Virus record (IMG/VR): IMGVR_UViG_3300021255_000108
Location: 128,001 to 165,734 of that record
Strand: one strand, 5' to 3'
DNA from: a virus
Taxonomy: Duplodnaviria > Heunggongvirae > Uroviricota > Caudoviricetes
Length of the DNA stretch: 37,734 nucleotides
Positions within the stretch are counted from its first letter, which is position 1. The number at the start of each line of letters is the position of its first letter. The notes under the pieces were generated by a model. The model did not search any database. It was not told where the DNA came from and was given only the letters and a program-made list of their open reading frames with translations. A program made the translations under genes and the position numbers. Shown piece after piece: positions 37,460 to 37,734 of this stretch.

Positions 37460-37579
37460 ATGAGTATATTAGAATGGTTCTGTAATGCTATATATTTGTA
37501 TTCGGTGTTTTTATTCACTGTAGTTGGACTTGCTTGTTGCATTATACTTCTAATAGTAGCGATCAAAGAAATTTAGTGA
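37460..37579 (+). CDS. Small single-TM peptide
   Basis: AGGAG RBS; hydrophobic; ends TAG-TGA. Confidence 0.55.
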
Positions 37580-37644
37580 TTTAAATAAAACTTTATTGAA
37601 AGAATACACAAAGATAATGGTGATAAGTGAGAAGGTGGATTTCA

Positions 37645-37734
37645 ATGGGTTTGACTGAAAGACATTTGTTTGAATTTGATGATGTGCCTGAAAATTATGA
37701 ATGGAATTTAGAAGACGATTTATATAATTCAGTT
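37645..37734 (+). CDS. Partial ORF running off the window end
   Basis: AAGGTGG RBS, MGLTERHLFEF... Confidence 0.45.
   Translation, partial: MGLTERHLFEFDDVPENYEWNLEDDLYNSV

Overview
This is a 37.7-kb segment of a large tailed phage (Caudoviricetes), probably infecting a low-GC Gram-positive host (inferred from sigmaA-type TTGACA-17-TATAAT promoters and AGGAG(G) RBSs). (1) 1-11.9 kb, minus strand: packaging and head module (terminase large subunit, Vsr/DUF559-like nuclease, portal, protease-scaffold, major capsid, head-tail proteins). These genes only read intact if TAG is read as Gln (genetic code 15); the supplied ORF track fragments them. (2) 12.0-12.6 kb: palindrome-rich divergence region. 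(3) 12.6-26.6 kb, plus strand: about 30 small genes in repetitive promoter-RBS-ORF-terminator cassettes, including five of six winged-helix paralogs, antisense hairpin elements, a candidate sRNA and a non-canonical tRNA-like gene. (4) 26.7-27.1 kb: an array of seven perfect hairpins. (5) 28.5-29.4 kb: a TAG-recoded wHTH Rep-like gene next to iteron-like repeats. (6) 29.6-35.9 kb: plus-strand genes including an M28/M20-like peptidase. (7) 36.0-36.8 kb: tRNA cluster (Ile-UAU, Tyr, Val, Lys, and a tRNA-like RNA without a canonical anticodon arm) with candidate ncRNAs. I found no CUA suppressor tRNA in the window. Product calls come from motif recognition and gene order only; no database search was run.
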